Source: Macrostomum lignano
Taxonomy: Eukaryota
DNA: 64,000 nt
NCBI GenBank assembly: GCA_002269645.1
Contig: NIVC01000570.1
Span: 434,001 to 498,000, forward strand
Direction: 5' to 3'
Positions 29,901 to 42,701 of the stretch are shown in pieces. Below the pieces are notes generated by a model that was given only the letters and a program-made list of their open reading frames with translations, was not told where the DNA came from and searched no databases. Made by a program: the position numbers and the translations under genes. Every line of letters begins with the position of its first letter. Within the stretch, counting starts at the first letter, position 1.

Positions 29901-32900
29901 GGAGCTCAGCTTGATTCGTCCCTTGCTCACTGTGTCCGCCTTGCGCTCAATTAGCTGCATGACTACGGCCCACTCATACTTAACTCGCCCAAGTCCCACT
30001 TGTCTAGCGACCTTTTATAGTCGAGGTGTATTCTCGAATCTAGCAACAACAAAATCTAGAATAAAAGTCTAACTGGCCTACTGTACGATAAGTAAGTAGA
30101 AAGTAAAGCATTCTAGTAGAACGAAATTCAAGCGACTCTTGTATACAAACGCATAGCTAACGTGATAGGCTTCCACACCCAGCTGACCTAATGTCGTTAG
30201 AGACGCTTGAAACTAATTTTTAACGCCGCTTGTCAAGGTATTGGTTCAGTGACAAAGTATGGAAAATACCCAGCCAAGCTTTTCAATTACCAATCAAAAT
30301 ATCTCTCTAGCTGAAGACAGCGCAATAATTCAAACGGTTGGCCCTAAAATGGAATTAACTTTAACTTCTAAAAACTCTGCAATTCAAGCTCTTGCATGCG
30401 TAAATTTTACAGGTTCTTAGTAAACATTTTAACCTGCTTAGAAATGCTGAGAATACTTACACAATGTACTTTTTTGAATGCACGGGCTAAAATGACAGGC
30501 CTACAGTGTCCTGCTATCGCGGCAATGACACAATAACGTTTGCTGCAGAATTTTTGATGGTGTACTACAATTTGTTTCATAACGTATCTCAAATCCTAGC
30601 ACAGATTAGATCAAATAATTTGACTGCTCTGTGTTTAAAAAGTATTAAGCTCTTTTAACCCTGCGCTAATCCACTTGTACTTGTAAACAAATTAAAATGA
30701 AGCAAACAGGCAGACAGTGGAAAAGAGACAAGCAGAAGCACGGAGACGTCATCAAAGTGACAAGGCCGAGCGAGGCTTTGGCCAAACCGAAAACCCAAAA
30801 TTAGTGACTGTAAAATACGCGGCCAGTTGAAGCAAGGAAAACACGGAGCGAAAAATAGAAGAAGATACGGCTCTTGGGACCGAACTAGAGGAACTTGAAG
30901 AGAAACAACAGGCGGCTTATAGGCTGAGAGGGGCCGGAGAATTCCGCGGGGAATCTGCTTGCCCGTCGAGGGGTTGAACAGGTCCGATTACTGACGACAC
31001 GGGAGGGGCGCACAGCGAGTCAGACTGTAGCTTGGGTACTTAATCTCTTTGTATTGCTCCTGTAGTGACTGTGTGCGTGCGCCTGGATTCTACTTGTTAT
31101 ATCCCAAGCCAATATTCAAGTGCAGCTGGGCTATTCCTTTAGTTATCTGAGTCCTGGAATAGTATAGCACTCGATAGAAAAGCTTAGAATGCACTCATTC
31201 GCTTCTCTCGTGATATATTGAATTTTTTTATCATTCTTGTAGTTTAACTTAGATAAATAGGCAAAATTGCTGTGCTGAGATATGCCAACTACTTGGCATG
31301 CAGAGCGAAACAGTATATAGGGTCTGGTAGAGAGTGGTTTACCATGGGTGTTTATGGGGTTAGGGTCTGGTAGAGAGTGGTTTACCATGGGTGTTTATGG
31401 GGTTAGGGTCTGGTAGAGAGTGGTTTACCATGGGTGTTTATGGGTTAGGGTCTGGTAGAGAGTGGTTTACCATGGGTGTTTATGGGGTTAGGGTCTGGTA
31501 GAGAGTGGTTTACCATGGGTGTTAATGGGGCTAGGGTCTGGTAGAGAGTGGTTTACCATGGGTGTTTATGGGGTTAGGGTCTGGTAGAGAGTGGTTTACC
31601 ATGGGTGTTTATGGGGTTAGGGTCTGGTAGAGAGTGGTTTACAATGGGTGTTTATGGGGTTAGGGTCTGGTAGAGAGTGGTTTACCATGGGTGTTTATGG
31701 GGTTAGGGTCTGGTAGAGAGTGGTTTACCATGGGTGTTTATGGGGTTAGGGTCTGGTAGAGAGTGGTTTACAATGGGTGTTTATGGGGTTAGGGTCTGGT
31801 AGAGAGTGGTTTACCATGGGTGTTTATGGGGTTAGGGTCTGGTAGAGAGTGGTTTACCATGGGTGTTTATGGGGTTAGGGTCCGGTAGAGAGTGGTTTAC
31901 AATGGGTGTTTATGGGGTTAGGGTCTGGTAGAGAATGGTTTACAATGGGTGTTTATGGGGTTAGGGTCTGGTAGAGAGTGGTTTACAATGGGTGTTTATG
32001 GGGTTAGGGTCTGGTAGAGAATGGTTTACCATGGGTGTTTATGGGGTTAGGGTCTGGTAGAGAGTGGTTTACAATGGGTGTTTATGGGGTTAGGGTCCGG
32101 TAGAGAGTGGTTTACAATGGGTGTTTATGGGGTTAGGGTCCGGTAGAGAGTGGTTTACAATGGGTGTTTATGGGGTTAGGGTCCGGTAGAGAGTGGTTTA
32201 CAATGGGTGTTTATGGGGTTAGGGTCCGGTAGAGAGTGGTTTACAATGGGTGTTTATGGGGTTAGGGTCCGGTAGAGAGCGGTTTACAATGGGTGTTTAT
32301 GGGGTTAGGGTCTGGTAGAGAATGGTTTACAATGGGTGTTTATGGGGTTAGGGTCTGGTAGAGAGTGGTTTACAATGGGTGTTAATAATTGTGGGTAAAT
32401 AGTTCCTGGCCTACCCAAGCCGGCCGGCTCGTGATCGCAGACTGCAGTTGCCGTGGCAACAGCAAAGTAGCGAATCAGATCTTCGCCGAATAGTTCGGGA
32501 TTTGTGAAGCCAGAAATGAGCGCCTCCATGACCTTGGCTGCGTGCTCAACCTGCGGGGTGGAGTAAAGAAGGGGATATGAAATGTTTACCTGCGGTGTTT
32601 GGAATCTGTCTTGAATGTATGGATGAATTCTGAATCTTTTAGTGAGGAAATTGTGTAATGAGGGATTTGCGTGATTGGGAATCAAGAAGCTGTGCGTTAG
32701 TGAATCACAGGACTCGTGTTGGGATAAATCGTGTTACGCAACTGACCGTAACAGTTCCGCAATCTCCGGCACTCAGTTCTCACCTTCTTTGGATCATCCG
32801 TGCAGGAGTGAAACATCGACCCGGCCACGCTTTTTGCCACCGCTTCAACTGGCACTCCGTCAGCCTCTGGCGATGCCGAGCACATCCGGTGCCAGGTGCC

Positions 32901-35900
32901 GAACAGCAGAGAGGTTAGTTGCCTCACTGGCGGCGACAGACCGCGGATTATGCTGTGAAAATTAATAGGCATTAATTTTCTGTGCGACACTGCTCAGGGT
33001 CTGCAGCTCTTGAGTCTCCGTCCTACTGCCAGTGCTTTGCCAGGCTAGTAAGACTAGCGTTTCTCTCTGTGTCTTGTGTACCTCTGTCTACCTGTGTCTA
33101 CCTGTGTCTACCTGTGTCTACCCCAGAGTGTACCTCTGTCTACCTGTGTCTACCTGTGTCTACCTTTGTCTACCTGTGTCTACCTGTGTCTACCTGTGTC
33201 TACCTGTGTCTACCTGTGTCTACCTGTGTCTACCTGTGTCTATCTGTGTCTACCCCAGAGTGTACCGCTGTCTTCCTGTTCCTACCCCAGTGTGTACATC
33301 TGTCTACCTGTGTCTACCCCAGTGTGTACCGCTGTCTACCTGTGTCTACCCCAGTGTGTACCTCTGTCTACCCGTGTCTACCCCAGTGTGTACCTCTGTC
33401 TACCTGTGTCTACCCCAGTGTGTACATCTGTCTACCTGTGTCTACCCCAGTGTGTACCGCTGTCTACCTGTGTCTACCCCAGTGTGTACATCTGTCTACC
33501 TGTGTCTACCCCAGTGTGTACCTCTGTCTACCCGTGTCTACCCCAGTGTGTACATCTGTCTACCTGTGTCTACCCCAGTGTACCACTGTCTACCTGTGTC
33601 TACCCCAGTGTACCTCTGTCTACCTGTGTCTACCCCAGTTTGTACCTCTGTCTACATGTGTCTACCCCAGTGTACCACTGTCTACCTGTGTCTACCCCAG
33701 TGTACCTCTGTCTACCTGTGTCTCCCCAATGTATACCTCTGTCTACCTGTGTCTACCCCAGTGTCTAACTCTGTCTACATCTGTGTCTATCTCAGCGTCT
33801 CCATCTATCTACCTGACTACCTTAGTGTCTACCTCAGTGTCTGCCTGTATCTACTTCAGTGTCTATCTCAGTGTCTGCCTCAGTGTCTACACCGCTCAGT
33901 GTCTATCTGTACCTCAGTGTCTTCCCCAGTGAGTCTCAGTGCCTGTCTCAGTGTCTATCTGTACCTCAGTGTCTTCCCCAGTGAGTCTCAGTGCCTGTCT
34001 CAGTGTCTATCTGTACCTCAGTGTCTTCCCCAGTGAGTCTCAGTGCCTGTCTCAGTGTCTATCTGTACCTCAGTGTCTTCCCCAGTGAGTCTCAGTGCCT
34101 GTCTCAGTGTCTATCTGTACCTCAGTGTCTTCCCCAGTGAGTCTCAGTGCCTGTCTCAGTGTCTATCTGTACCTCAGTGTCTTCCCCAGTGAGTCTCAGT
34201 GCCTGTCTCAGTGTCTATCTGTACCTCAGTGTCTTCCCCAGTGAGTCTCAGTGCCTGTCTCAGTGTCTATCTGTACCTCAGTGTCTTCCCCAGTGAGTCT
34301 CAGTGCCTGTCTCAGTGCCTATCTGTACCTCAGTGTCTTCCCCAGTGAGTCTCAGTGCCTGTCTCAGTGTCTATCTGTACCTCAGTGTCTTCCCCAGTGA
34401 GTCTCAGTGCCTGTCTCAGTGTCTGAATTTTCTTACGTCTTGGTGTGTGCGTACTGTTTAATAAACTATATTTATTTATGAATTCAGCTAAGAAAAATAT
34501 TAATAAACAGCCGCCACAGTCAGTCACACAGCCTGATCTGATCTAGCTGAACTGATAGATTGCCATTCAGAACCGAGCCCTGCTGACTCATGCCGACAAT
34601 CTCTCCAACTGTTCGTCACTCAATACACAGTGTATTAGTATATTATATTTAGCAATATTATTATACTGAAGCCCTAGGCTTCGTGTCGGATTATGCAAAA
34701 ACAGGAGCCGAGTCAGGAAGGGAGAGGATCTCACTGTGGCCCGGACCGCAGTAGTTTAACTGCAGTTGAACACTCCGCTATTACGTAATCGATGCGGATT
34801 TACTGCGTCCTGTCAGACTAGCAGGAAAAGGAATGAAAGAGTCGTCGGGGAGAAAAAAGCCAGAGTGGGATTTTTGCATAAGGGGAGAGAAGATAAGACC
34901 TGCATAGAGAAGATGAGGAGAGGCAGAATGGGGATATTGATGGGGAGAATGGGGAAATTGATGGGAGAATGGGGATATTGATGGGGAGAATGGGGATATT
35001 GACGGGGAGAATGAGAATACTGACGGGAAGAATGGGGAGAATGAGGAAATTGATGGGAGAATGAGAATACTGACGGGAAGAATGGGGAGAATGGGGAAAT
35101 TGATGGGAGAATGAGAATACTGACGGGAAGAATGGGGAGAATGGGGAAATTGATGGGAGAATGAGAATACTGATGGGGAGAATGAGGATATTGATGGGGA
35201 GAATGGGGATATTGATGGGGAGAATGAGAATACTGATGGGGAGAATGAGGATATTGATGGGGAGAATGGGGATATTGATGGGGAGAATGAGGATATTGAT
35301 AGGGAGAATGAGGATATTGATGGGGAGAATGAAGATATTGATGGGGTGAATGTGGAAATTGATGGGAGAATGGGGAATTCAAAGTAAGATGGGAAATGGA
35401 AAATGGGAAATAGATAGGGAGGATGAGAGAAGGCATGGAGAGAATGGTAAGATGCTAATCCCAAATCGCATTTCATAAAAATTCAAACAGAAGTATCAAG
35501 AGGGTAACGACTGATGGAGCAGATTCTGTGTCAAAATGAAACTGATATAACGCTTCATAAACTCGTACTTTTCCACTTCTCCACGCCATCTCCGCTGGGG
35601 CAAGATTTCTAGGAAATATAGTGTGCGATGGGAAAAGAAGACTGAAGAGCGCCAGGGATAGACAGGGGGAGCAGCTCGCGCCGGGATTAGGATGGTTTGG
35701 AATGAGATGAAGTGCTGCTGCTGCTGCGTAGTAGTAGTAAGCTTCCACTCAGCTCCCCCTCCCTGAGCTCGCTGGCGCCCAGGGCAGCTGCGGAGTTCCG
35801 CCGGGAACCCTGGAGATAGACAAGCAACGGCACAGACAGACAGATATGACTGACTCAATCGCCTAGCTAAAGCTTAATATTAGAACGTATAACAGACTCT

Positions 35901-38852
35901 CCAATCTTGTGCGCAATCTAGCAATTGATCATCCAATTTCAATTTATATATGATGCTATTTCTGTACAATATCGGAAATTGCACTGAGTTCGCTGTTATC
36001 AGTTTGAGATATATTTAATATATAGAAGTGGGACAATAGGTAGATGCAGTGGGAGAATGGGTAGATGCAGTGGGAGAATGGGTAGATGCAGTGGGAGAAT
36101 GGGTAGGTGGAGTGGGATAATGGGTAGATGTAGTGGGAGAATGGGTAGATGCAGTGGGAGAATGGGTAGATGCAGTGGGAGAATGGGTAGATGCAGTGGG
36201 AGAATGGGTAGATGCAGTGGGAGAATGGGTAGATAGAGTGGGAGAATGGTTAGATGCAGTGGGAGAATGGTTAGATGCAGTGGGAGAATGGGTAGATAGA
36301 GTGGGAGAATGGGTAGATGCAGTGGGAGAATGGGTAGATAGAGTGGGAGAATGGTTAGATGCAGTGGGAAAATGGGTAGATAGAGTTGGAGAATGGGTAG
36401 ATAGAATGAGAGAATGGGGTTCAAGGTACTCTGTTAACAAGACTTACACTTCAAGAGAAAAGTAAAACAGCCAGTTGTACTTATAAAGAAAGTGCAAAAG
36501 CATGAAATCGGGTTGAGCTGGCGTGATCAGGCAAGCCTAAAAACTGTCAGTGAGTAGCCATAATCTCCTCAGTGCTCCGCCAAGCTACTTCAAGCTTGAC
36601 TTCGGAGCGTAGAAGTGCGTGCAGGATAGGGGATAGGGGAGAGAATGGGGAGGCAAGCAGATAGCGGATTTGATTGATTGAGTCACCTCCCTCAACTCTT
36701 ATTTGGCTCAAGCTATCTCTAATTTGTTTCCCCTAACCTGCATTCTCTACCTTACCCTAATAATTGTCACTATATAATTTTTTTATGATTTAGACAACAC
36801 AACTATTTTCTATGAAGGAAGACTACTTCCTTGATTTAGAACTGAAAAATATCGACTTCTTATGTTTTTTAATGACTTTCTCATTATATGGTAACGAAAA
36901 CGAAATTATACACACTATGACTGCAGCATCGGCATGCATAGAACTGTTGGTGTGCATAGCTGTGCTGCGGGATCGATATTGGCTGAAGGCAGCCAGAGGC
37001 AAAAGACAGGGGGCAAGAGAACCGCATAAGAGCCCTACTAATCAAATTATTTAGACCATGTCGCTGGGCACGGGAGGGATTGGAGAAGGCCAAAGGAGGT
37101 TGACAGCCACGAGTTGCAAGTGGGGGGGGGGTGGATCAGAGAAGGGAAGGTGTCGATGAGGAACGGAGGCTGGCTGCTAATTGGGGACCGGGGTCGCTGA
37201 GAATTCGGAAGAGACAAGAAAGAGAAGGGGGAGAGGGAGACGGTGAAAGGCGAGAAGGGGGAGGCGGAGTCCCAGTTTACGGATAGGAACAAAATAATAA
37301 ATTAAATGTATGCATATATTAGAAACTGGGAGCAATCGCCAACAAAAAACCCTGAAATCTGGTTGAATTTCTGCAGCCGAAGCAAAGTAGGATATTTTTG
37401 GAACAGGGAAAGACGAAGGTCGCGAGGGCTCATCTCAAATCTGGGACAATTTTTATAACTTTTCTTTCCACTGTAAATAACAGACCTAATGATGAGTGAC
37501 TCTGGATCTGAAACCCAGGGCTAAATTCAATGTAGTATAGTAACAAGGACACCTAGGAAATGCGTATTTCATATTCATGCTTATTGGCGTTAACAATATA
37601 GACTGTGGACTGTGATCTGCCGCATGCCAACACAGACTAATAGGCTGTGATCTGCCGAAAGAACAGACACACTGAGCCATCACCAAAATGACCAGACACA
37701 CTGAGCCATCACCAAAATGACCAGACACACTGAGCTGGCACCAAAATGACCAGACACACTGAGCCATCACCAAAATGACCAGACACACTGAGCCATCACC
37801 AAAATGACCAGACACACTGAGCCATCACCAAAATGACCAGACACACTGAGCCATCACCAAAATGACCAGACACACTGAGCTGGCACCAAAATGACCAGAC
37901 ACACTGAGCCATCACCAAAATGACCAGACACACTGAGCTGGCACCAAAATGACCAGACACACTGAGCCATCACCAAAATGACCAGACACACTGAGCCATC
38001 ACCAAAATGACCAGACACACTGAGCTGGCACCAAAATGACCAGACACACTGAGCCATCACCAAAATGACCAGACACACTGAGCTGGCACCAAAATGACCA
38101 GACACACTGAGCCATCACCAAAATGACCAGACACACTGAGCCATCACCAAAATGACCAGACACACTGAGCTGGCACCAAAATGACCAGACACACTGAGCC
38201 ATCACCAAAATGACCAGACACACTGAGCCATCACCAAAATGACCAGACACACTGAGCCATCACCAAAATGACCAGACACACTGAGCCATCACCAAACTCA
38301 CTCTCGCATGGTCTTCAGCCTCACAGCCCGATCCGGCTGGTCGATGGCTGCCAGCAGCGCGGCCTCGCCGTCCCTGCCAAACACGCCGTCAGGAATGGCC
38401 AGCAGAAACTTCTTGGCCACATTGGCAGCGGTCCAATAATTATAATCCCGCCAATCGATGGGCCGACCTTCGCCAAGGCATCGAATAATGCGCTTCATGT
38501 CGCCGGGATTGCCGGGCCGCCTGAACAGGTCGTTGACCGCCACCCCGTCCCGAGCGACATGAACAAGAAGGTCGCACAGAGGCGTAGGCAGGGAGCCGCC
38601 GGAGACTCGGCAAACCTCGGCGAGTGGCACGCCGAATTTCAAGCGACTGGTGGACTGTTGAAGAAGCAGCTGGTGAGCCGCCTGATGCTGCTGCTGCTGT
38701 TGTTGCTGCTGCTGACCGGACAGCTGGCAATGCCGATCGATGGGCGATGACATCATTCCCTGGTCAGAATCGTCCGCCGTGGAATCCCTGGCCGGCCCTG
38801 CCCGATGACGCCTGGCTCTGACGCAGGCAAACAAAGAGCGGACTAAGGACAT
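26917..38852 (-). CDS. RhoGAP-domain protein, 5 exons, about 533 aa, with an N-terminal polyQ and a disordered C-terminus
   Basis: Exons 38852-38302, 32952-32784, 32550-32415, 29256-28922, 27327-26917; phases 2,0,1,0; 1602 nt. Domain reads FGVPLAEVC...LFRRPGN (Arg finger)...VAKKFLLAIPDGVF...IIRGLSPPVRQLTSLLFGTWHRM...VMEALISGFTNPELFGEDL. The start codon is uncertain. Confidence 0.85.
27377..28318. repeat. 18 bp minisatellite (GATCCATTGGGACCTGAG / GATCCATTAGGAACTGAG) in the last RhoGAP intron
   Basis: Direct, about 52 copies in two variant classes. Confidence 0.98.
29394..29610 (+). mobile_element. tRNA-derived SINE with a CORE-like central domain, copy 1 (intronic)
   Basis: A-box TGGTTCTAGTGG and B-box GGTTCGATT. 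The body is homologous to the reverse complement of 39248-39485. Confidence 0.75.
31312..32385. repeat. 43 bp G-rich minisatellite with one TTAGGG per unit (RhoGAP intron)
   Basis: GGGTCTGGTAGAGAGTGGTTTACCATGGGTGTTTATGGGGTTA, about 25 copies. Confidence 0.97.
33070..33790. repeat. Degenerate 10-bp-based repeat (TGTCTACCTG / CCCCAGTG)
   Basis: Direct. Confidence 0.92.
33885..34425. repeat. 52 bp minisatellite (GTGAGTCTCAGTGCCTGTCTCAGTGTCTATCTGTACCTCAGTGTCTTCCCCA)
   Basis: Direct, about 10 copies. Confidence 0.96.
34910..35375. repeat. About 20-21 bp purine-rich minisatellite (ATTGATGGGGAGAATGAGGAT)
   Basis: Direct. Confidence 0.92.
36020..36420. repeat. 21 bp minisatellite (GGGTAGATGCAGTGGGAGAAT)
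   Basis: Direct. Confidence 0.95.
37655..38295. repeat. 29 bp minisatellite (CACCAAAATGACCAGACACACTGAGCCAT / ...GAGCTGG)
   Basis: Direct; abuts the donor of the first RhoGAP exon. Confidence 0.96.
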
Positions 38853-39247
38853 TGGAGCCAGAAGACTGCGGTAGTTGGAATTGGCCGCACGCACAATTAT
38901 CGATTATAATATCGATTTATTGCTTGGCGCAGTCTGGCTGAACCTGGGGAGAGCTGGCGGCCCAGTCTGGCCACCACCCCAGAGGGCCGTCACTGCTGCT
39001 GGAGCTGCGCACAAGCTGGCTAACACTGGGGCCCCGGTTGGTGGCACAGCGTTTGCGGAGTGAACAACAACTGCGCCTATGCTAAGGCTGCAGGAGGTTA
39101 AGATTAATGGAAAAAATTAGATAGTAATACTATAAAAAGTTGCTATGCTTGATATTTTATATTCTATATAATATGATAACAATAATAATAATATTAATAA
39201 ATTACTGTTGCCCTACTAGGCTCAGCATAGCTCAGACACAGTTATTT

Positions 39248-39485
39248 GCAAGGCACATTTGAAGGCTACATCCAGCTGTTCAGTCCAAAGACTGGGAAAG
39301 GAGGTTGCCATACACAGCCTAAATTACCCTAGCTAATGCTGGCACCCATTTTACAGCTGGGTGAACTGAAGCAATATAGAGTCAAGTGTCTTGCTCAATG
39401 ATACAAATTATTCCAAATAGTTTGAGAATTTACCTCCCAACCTTCAAATTGTAAATCTGACACTAACCATTATCTTACAACCCCT
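39248..39485 (-). mobile_element. CORE-like tRNA SINE, copy 2 (more decayed head)
   Basis: The minus strand reads TTGAGCAAGACACTTGACTCTATATTGCTTCAGTTCACCCAGCTGTAAAATGGG and aligns along its length with 29394-29610. Confidence 0.75.
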
Positions 39486-40973
39486 AGTACCTATATTATA
39501 GCAATCTATTTTTGGTCTGATATGATTTCATTATTAGAATATATTCGTAGAGCTGGATTAATTGTACTACTAACTAAGATATAAAATTGTAGGATAATAA
39601 AAGCTGTAGCAAAAAATACCAATTTGAATTATAATAAATAGAAAGGTTTATTCATAAAAATAGGACAAATTTGACATATTGAACCTTTCTTAATTAAAAA
39701 AATCCAATATTTTTATGTAATTGGAGATGTGTTAAAATATAAAGAGTTCCTTAAATATACTTAAACACTTTTGGTTTTTGCATTTTCATTGAGCTCTTTA
39801 TTTTTTATGCTACATAAGTCTAAAGAAGGGCCTGGTAAGATTTCTATTAGTTTGACAACTAAGTAAAACTAAGTAAAGATGACTCAAACTAAGATTGGCG
39901 ATTTTATATTAAAATAAAAGATAGCTATTTACCAAATTTTTTAAACATACATACTACATAGCATAAGTGTTTTATGGCAATTCAATCAATAATGTCTATA
40001 TGATAAATTGCTTCATTGACTAATGTCTAGTGAAAGTCTTTATAAGCATTAGCTGCTTAGTAGGTAGGTTATAACTCATTGTAAGTGCCATTTTTTTCCT
40101 GAAATGATTTTTTGTTTTATCATATACTTGTATTAAAAACATGGTCAAATTGCACCAAACCTAAAAAATGGAATAGCAAAAGGCTATTTAAATAGCCAAT
40201 AGCCCTAGCCAACAAAATATTAATAGAAAAATTATTACTCCACCCCTTTCTTATCTCAACATAAAATGTTAAATAAAAGAAAATTTTTGCATCTATCTGC
40301 TTACACTTCTTGATTTGAAAGAATGACAACTTATCAATTTATAGAAGTCGAAGCGAACTAATGTGCTAACTGATGATTGAACAAATAAAGTTCTACATTT
40401 CTCATTGGATAAAAATTAATAAAACAGTGGGGAAACAAAAATGATTCAATACCGTTTCGCATAAGAGTAATCGACCTCAGATCCGGCTATCAGAAAAGGA
40501 CACAATACAACGTGGATATTGTTATTAAAATGTTTATAAGTAAATTTTAAAATAAATTTATTAGGACGTCGTCCACATGCTTAAAATAAATAAAAGACAT
40601 TTAAATGTTATTGCGTGCAAATTAACAGAGTAAACTGCATTGTATTTAACAAACTGCTGTATAATATTGTTAAAATGATAAAAGTAACGAGCCGAGCTTA
40701 AGTAATTAAAGCAAAGAATTCAGTAAATTAAGCCTAATTCGTTGATGTACTGAGTTAGTTACGATTCTAACGACTCAAGGACGACTCTAGCAAACTCAAA
40801 GACTACGAAACAAGACTACGATCTTATTTCTAAATGAGAGAAATATTTTAAAATGAGTACGAAGATAAAATCAACGTACATGTACAACTTTAATTCAAAG
40901 TCCACCAGCTATAGAATGCTTCTGGTAAACTGCACTCAAACCAACATGCATGGAACAAATTAAAGCCAATTAA

Positions 40974-42701
40974 CAGTAGAACTACCAAGAGGGGGGGAAA
41001 TTCCCCCCCCTGACAATTTTTTTGCTGCGCCGGAACGGAGCAACGCAGGCACACGAAATTCAAGAACACGGGCTAACTTTTTGTTGCGCACCTTCTCAAA
41101 CAAGAATCAAGTCGCCAGCCCTCCGGACCGTCGAGATATTCGACGATTCTGCCAGAAGGTCGGATTTTTCCCATAAGCGCTAGTGTATTCAGTACACCCC
41201 TGTGCGCCAAATAGCACTGCGCCTCAGTGCAGCCTTGCCAAGTCTCCAAATTTCATCAGCACGTCGACCAAATGTGTCTGCATCAGCTCTGACTTCGTTG
41301 GTTACTGGCCTTCACCAAGACGGAGCTTCTAGACCTTCAACAAATGACACCAGATGACTATGGACAACCTGATGCTGATTTCTCTAGTTTCGCCGATCAA
41401 GCCTCGACAGTGGGCAAAAATCAACTGCTGGACATCCTCAGCTAGTCAGTCAAGCATTCAGCCATCAACCGGACGCCGTCGGCACCTTCAACAGATTACA
41501 CCAGGTGACTATGGACAGCCTGTTGCAAATATGTCAGGTTTTTCTTATCAAGCTTCAATAATGAGCAAACCTCAACTGCTGGACATCCTCAGCTAGTCAG
41601 TCAAGCATTCAGCCATCACCCCGACGCCGTCGGCACCTTCAACAGGTGGCACCAGGGGAGTAAGGACACCTGAGCGTGATTTTTCATCATGCTCTTAACA
41701 TTTGTGAATCATTACAAAATGAAAAAACGGATTGAATTTACTGGCTTCTTAAAAGCATAACCCTTTCTGCATAAAAATTGGGTTCAATATTATAGTTGAA
41801 TAAACTAAACAGCTTTTCGAATAAAATATGTATGTAGCTCGTATGCATAAAAGTATGTGTAATAATAATATAAACATACAGCAACATGAGTTCAAGCTTA
41901 ACTATAGCAATGTCTGTGCTTTAAAAATTTTGAGAGCTTCAGAAATGCTAAGAGCATGATGAAAAATCACGCTCAGGTGTCCTTACTCCCCTGGTGCCAC
42001 CTGTTGAAGGTGCCGACGGCGTCGGGGTGATGGCTGAATGCTTGACTGACTAGCTGAGGATGTCCAGCAGTTGAGGTTTGCTCATTATTGAAGCTTGATA
42101 AGAAAAACCTGACATATTTGCAACAGGCTGTCCATAGTCACCTGGTGTAATCTGTTGAAGGTGCCGACGGCGTCCGGTTGATGGCTGAATGCTTGACTGA
42201 CTAGCTGAGGATGTCCAGCAGTTGATTTTTGCCCACTGTCGAGGCTTGATCGGCGAAACTAGAGAAATCAGCATCAGGTTGTCCATAGTCATCTGGTGTC
42301 ATTTGTTGAAGGTCTAGAAGCTCCGTCTCGGTGAAGGCCAGTAACCAACGAAGTCAGAGCTGATGCAGACACATTTGGTCGACGTGCTGATGAAATTTGG
42401 AGACTTGGCAAGGCTGCACTGAGGCGCAGTGCTATTTGGCGCACAGGGGTGTACTGAATACACTAGCGCTTATGGGAAAAATCCGACCTTCTGGCAGAAT
42501 CGTCGAATATCTAGACGGTCCGGAGGGCTGGCGACTTGATTCTTGTTTGAGAAGGTGCGCAACAAAAAGTTAGCCCGTGTTCTTGAATTTCGTGTGCCTG
42601 CGTTGCTCCGTTCCGGCGCAGTAAAAAAATTGTCAGGGGGGGGAATTCCCCCCCCCTCTTGGTAGTTCGACGGGCGGAAAAATGGCTTGGTATTCCTACT
42701 G
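40974..42701. mobile_element. Foldback-type non-autonomous DNA transposon with about 730-bp inverted arms, flanked by TTAA (piggyBac-like)
   Basis: Arms at about 40979-41710 and 41937-42668 are reverse complements with few differences, separated by an AT-rich spacer. Ends read TTAA|CAGTAG...CTACTG|TTAA (TTAA at 40970-40973 and 42702-42705). No transposase ORF. Confidence 0.8.

Noticed and set aside
30809-31124. Possible solo LTR (TGTAAAA...TGCA)
   Set aside because: No matching target-site duplication and no second copy in the window.
31312-32385. Telomere or telomere-fusion site
   Set aside because: There is only one TTAGGG per 43-bp unit and no (TTAGGG)n run; the array lies inside a RhoGAP intron.
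32590-32636. Extra small RhoGAP exon (FRIHPYIQDRFQTPQ) before a 39-nt intron
   Set aside because: Exon 32952-32784 ends in phase 0 and joins 32550 directly (DDPKK/VEHAAK). The extra piece would need a phase-2 entry.
41354-42292. Identical 80-aa ORFs on opposite strands (41354-41596 + and 42050-42292 -)
   Set aside because: They are a by-product of the inverted arms, and show no domain or transposase motifs.
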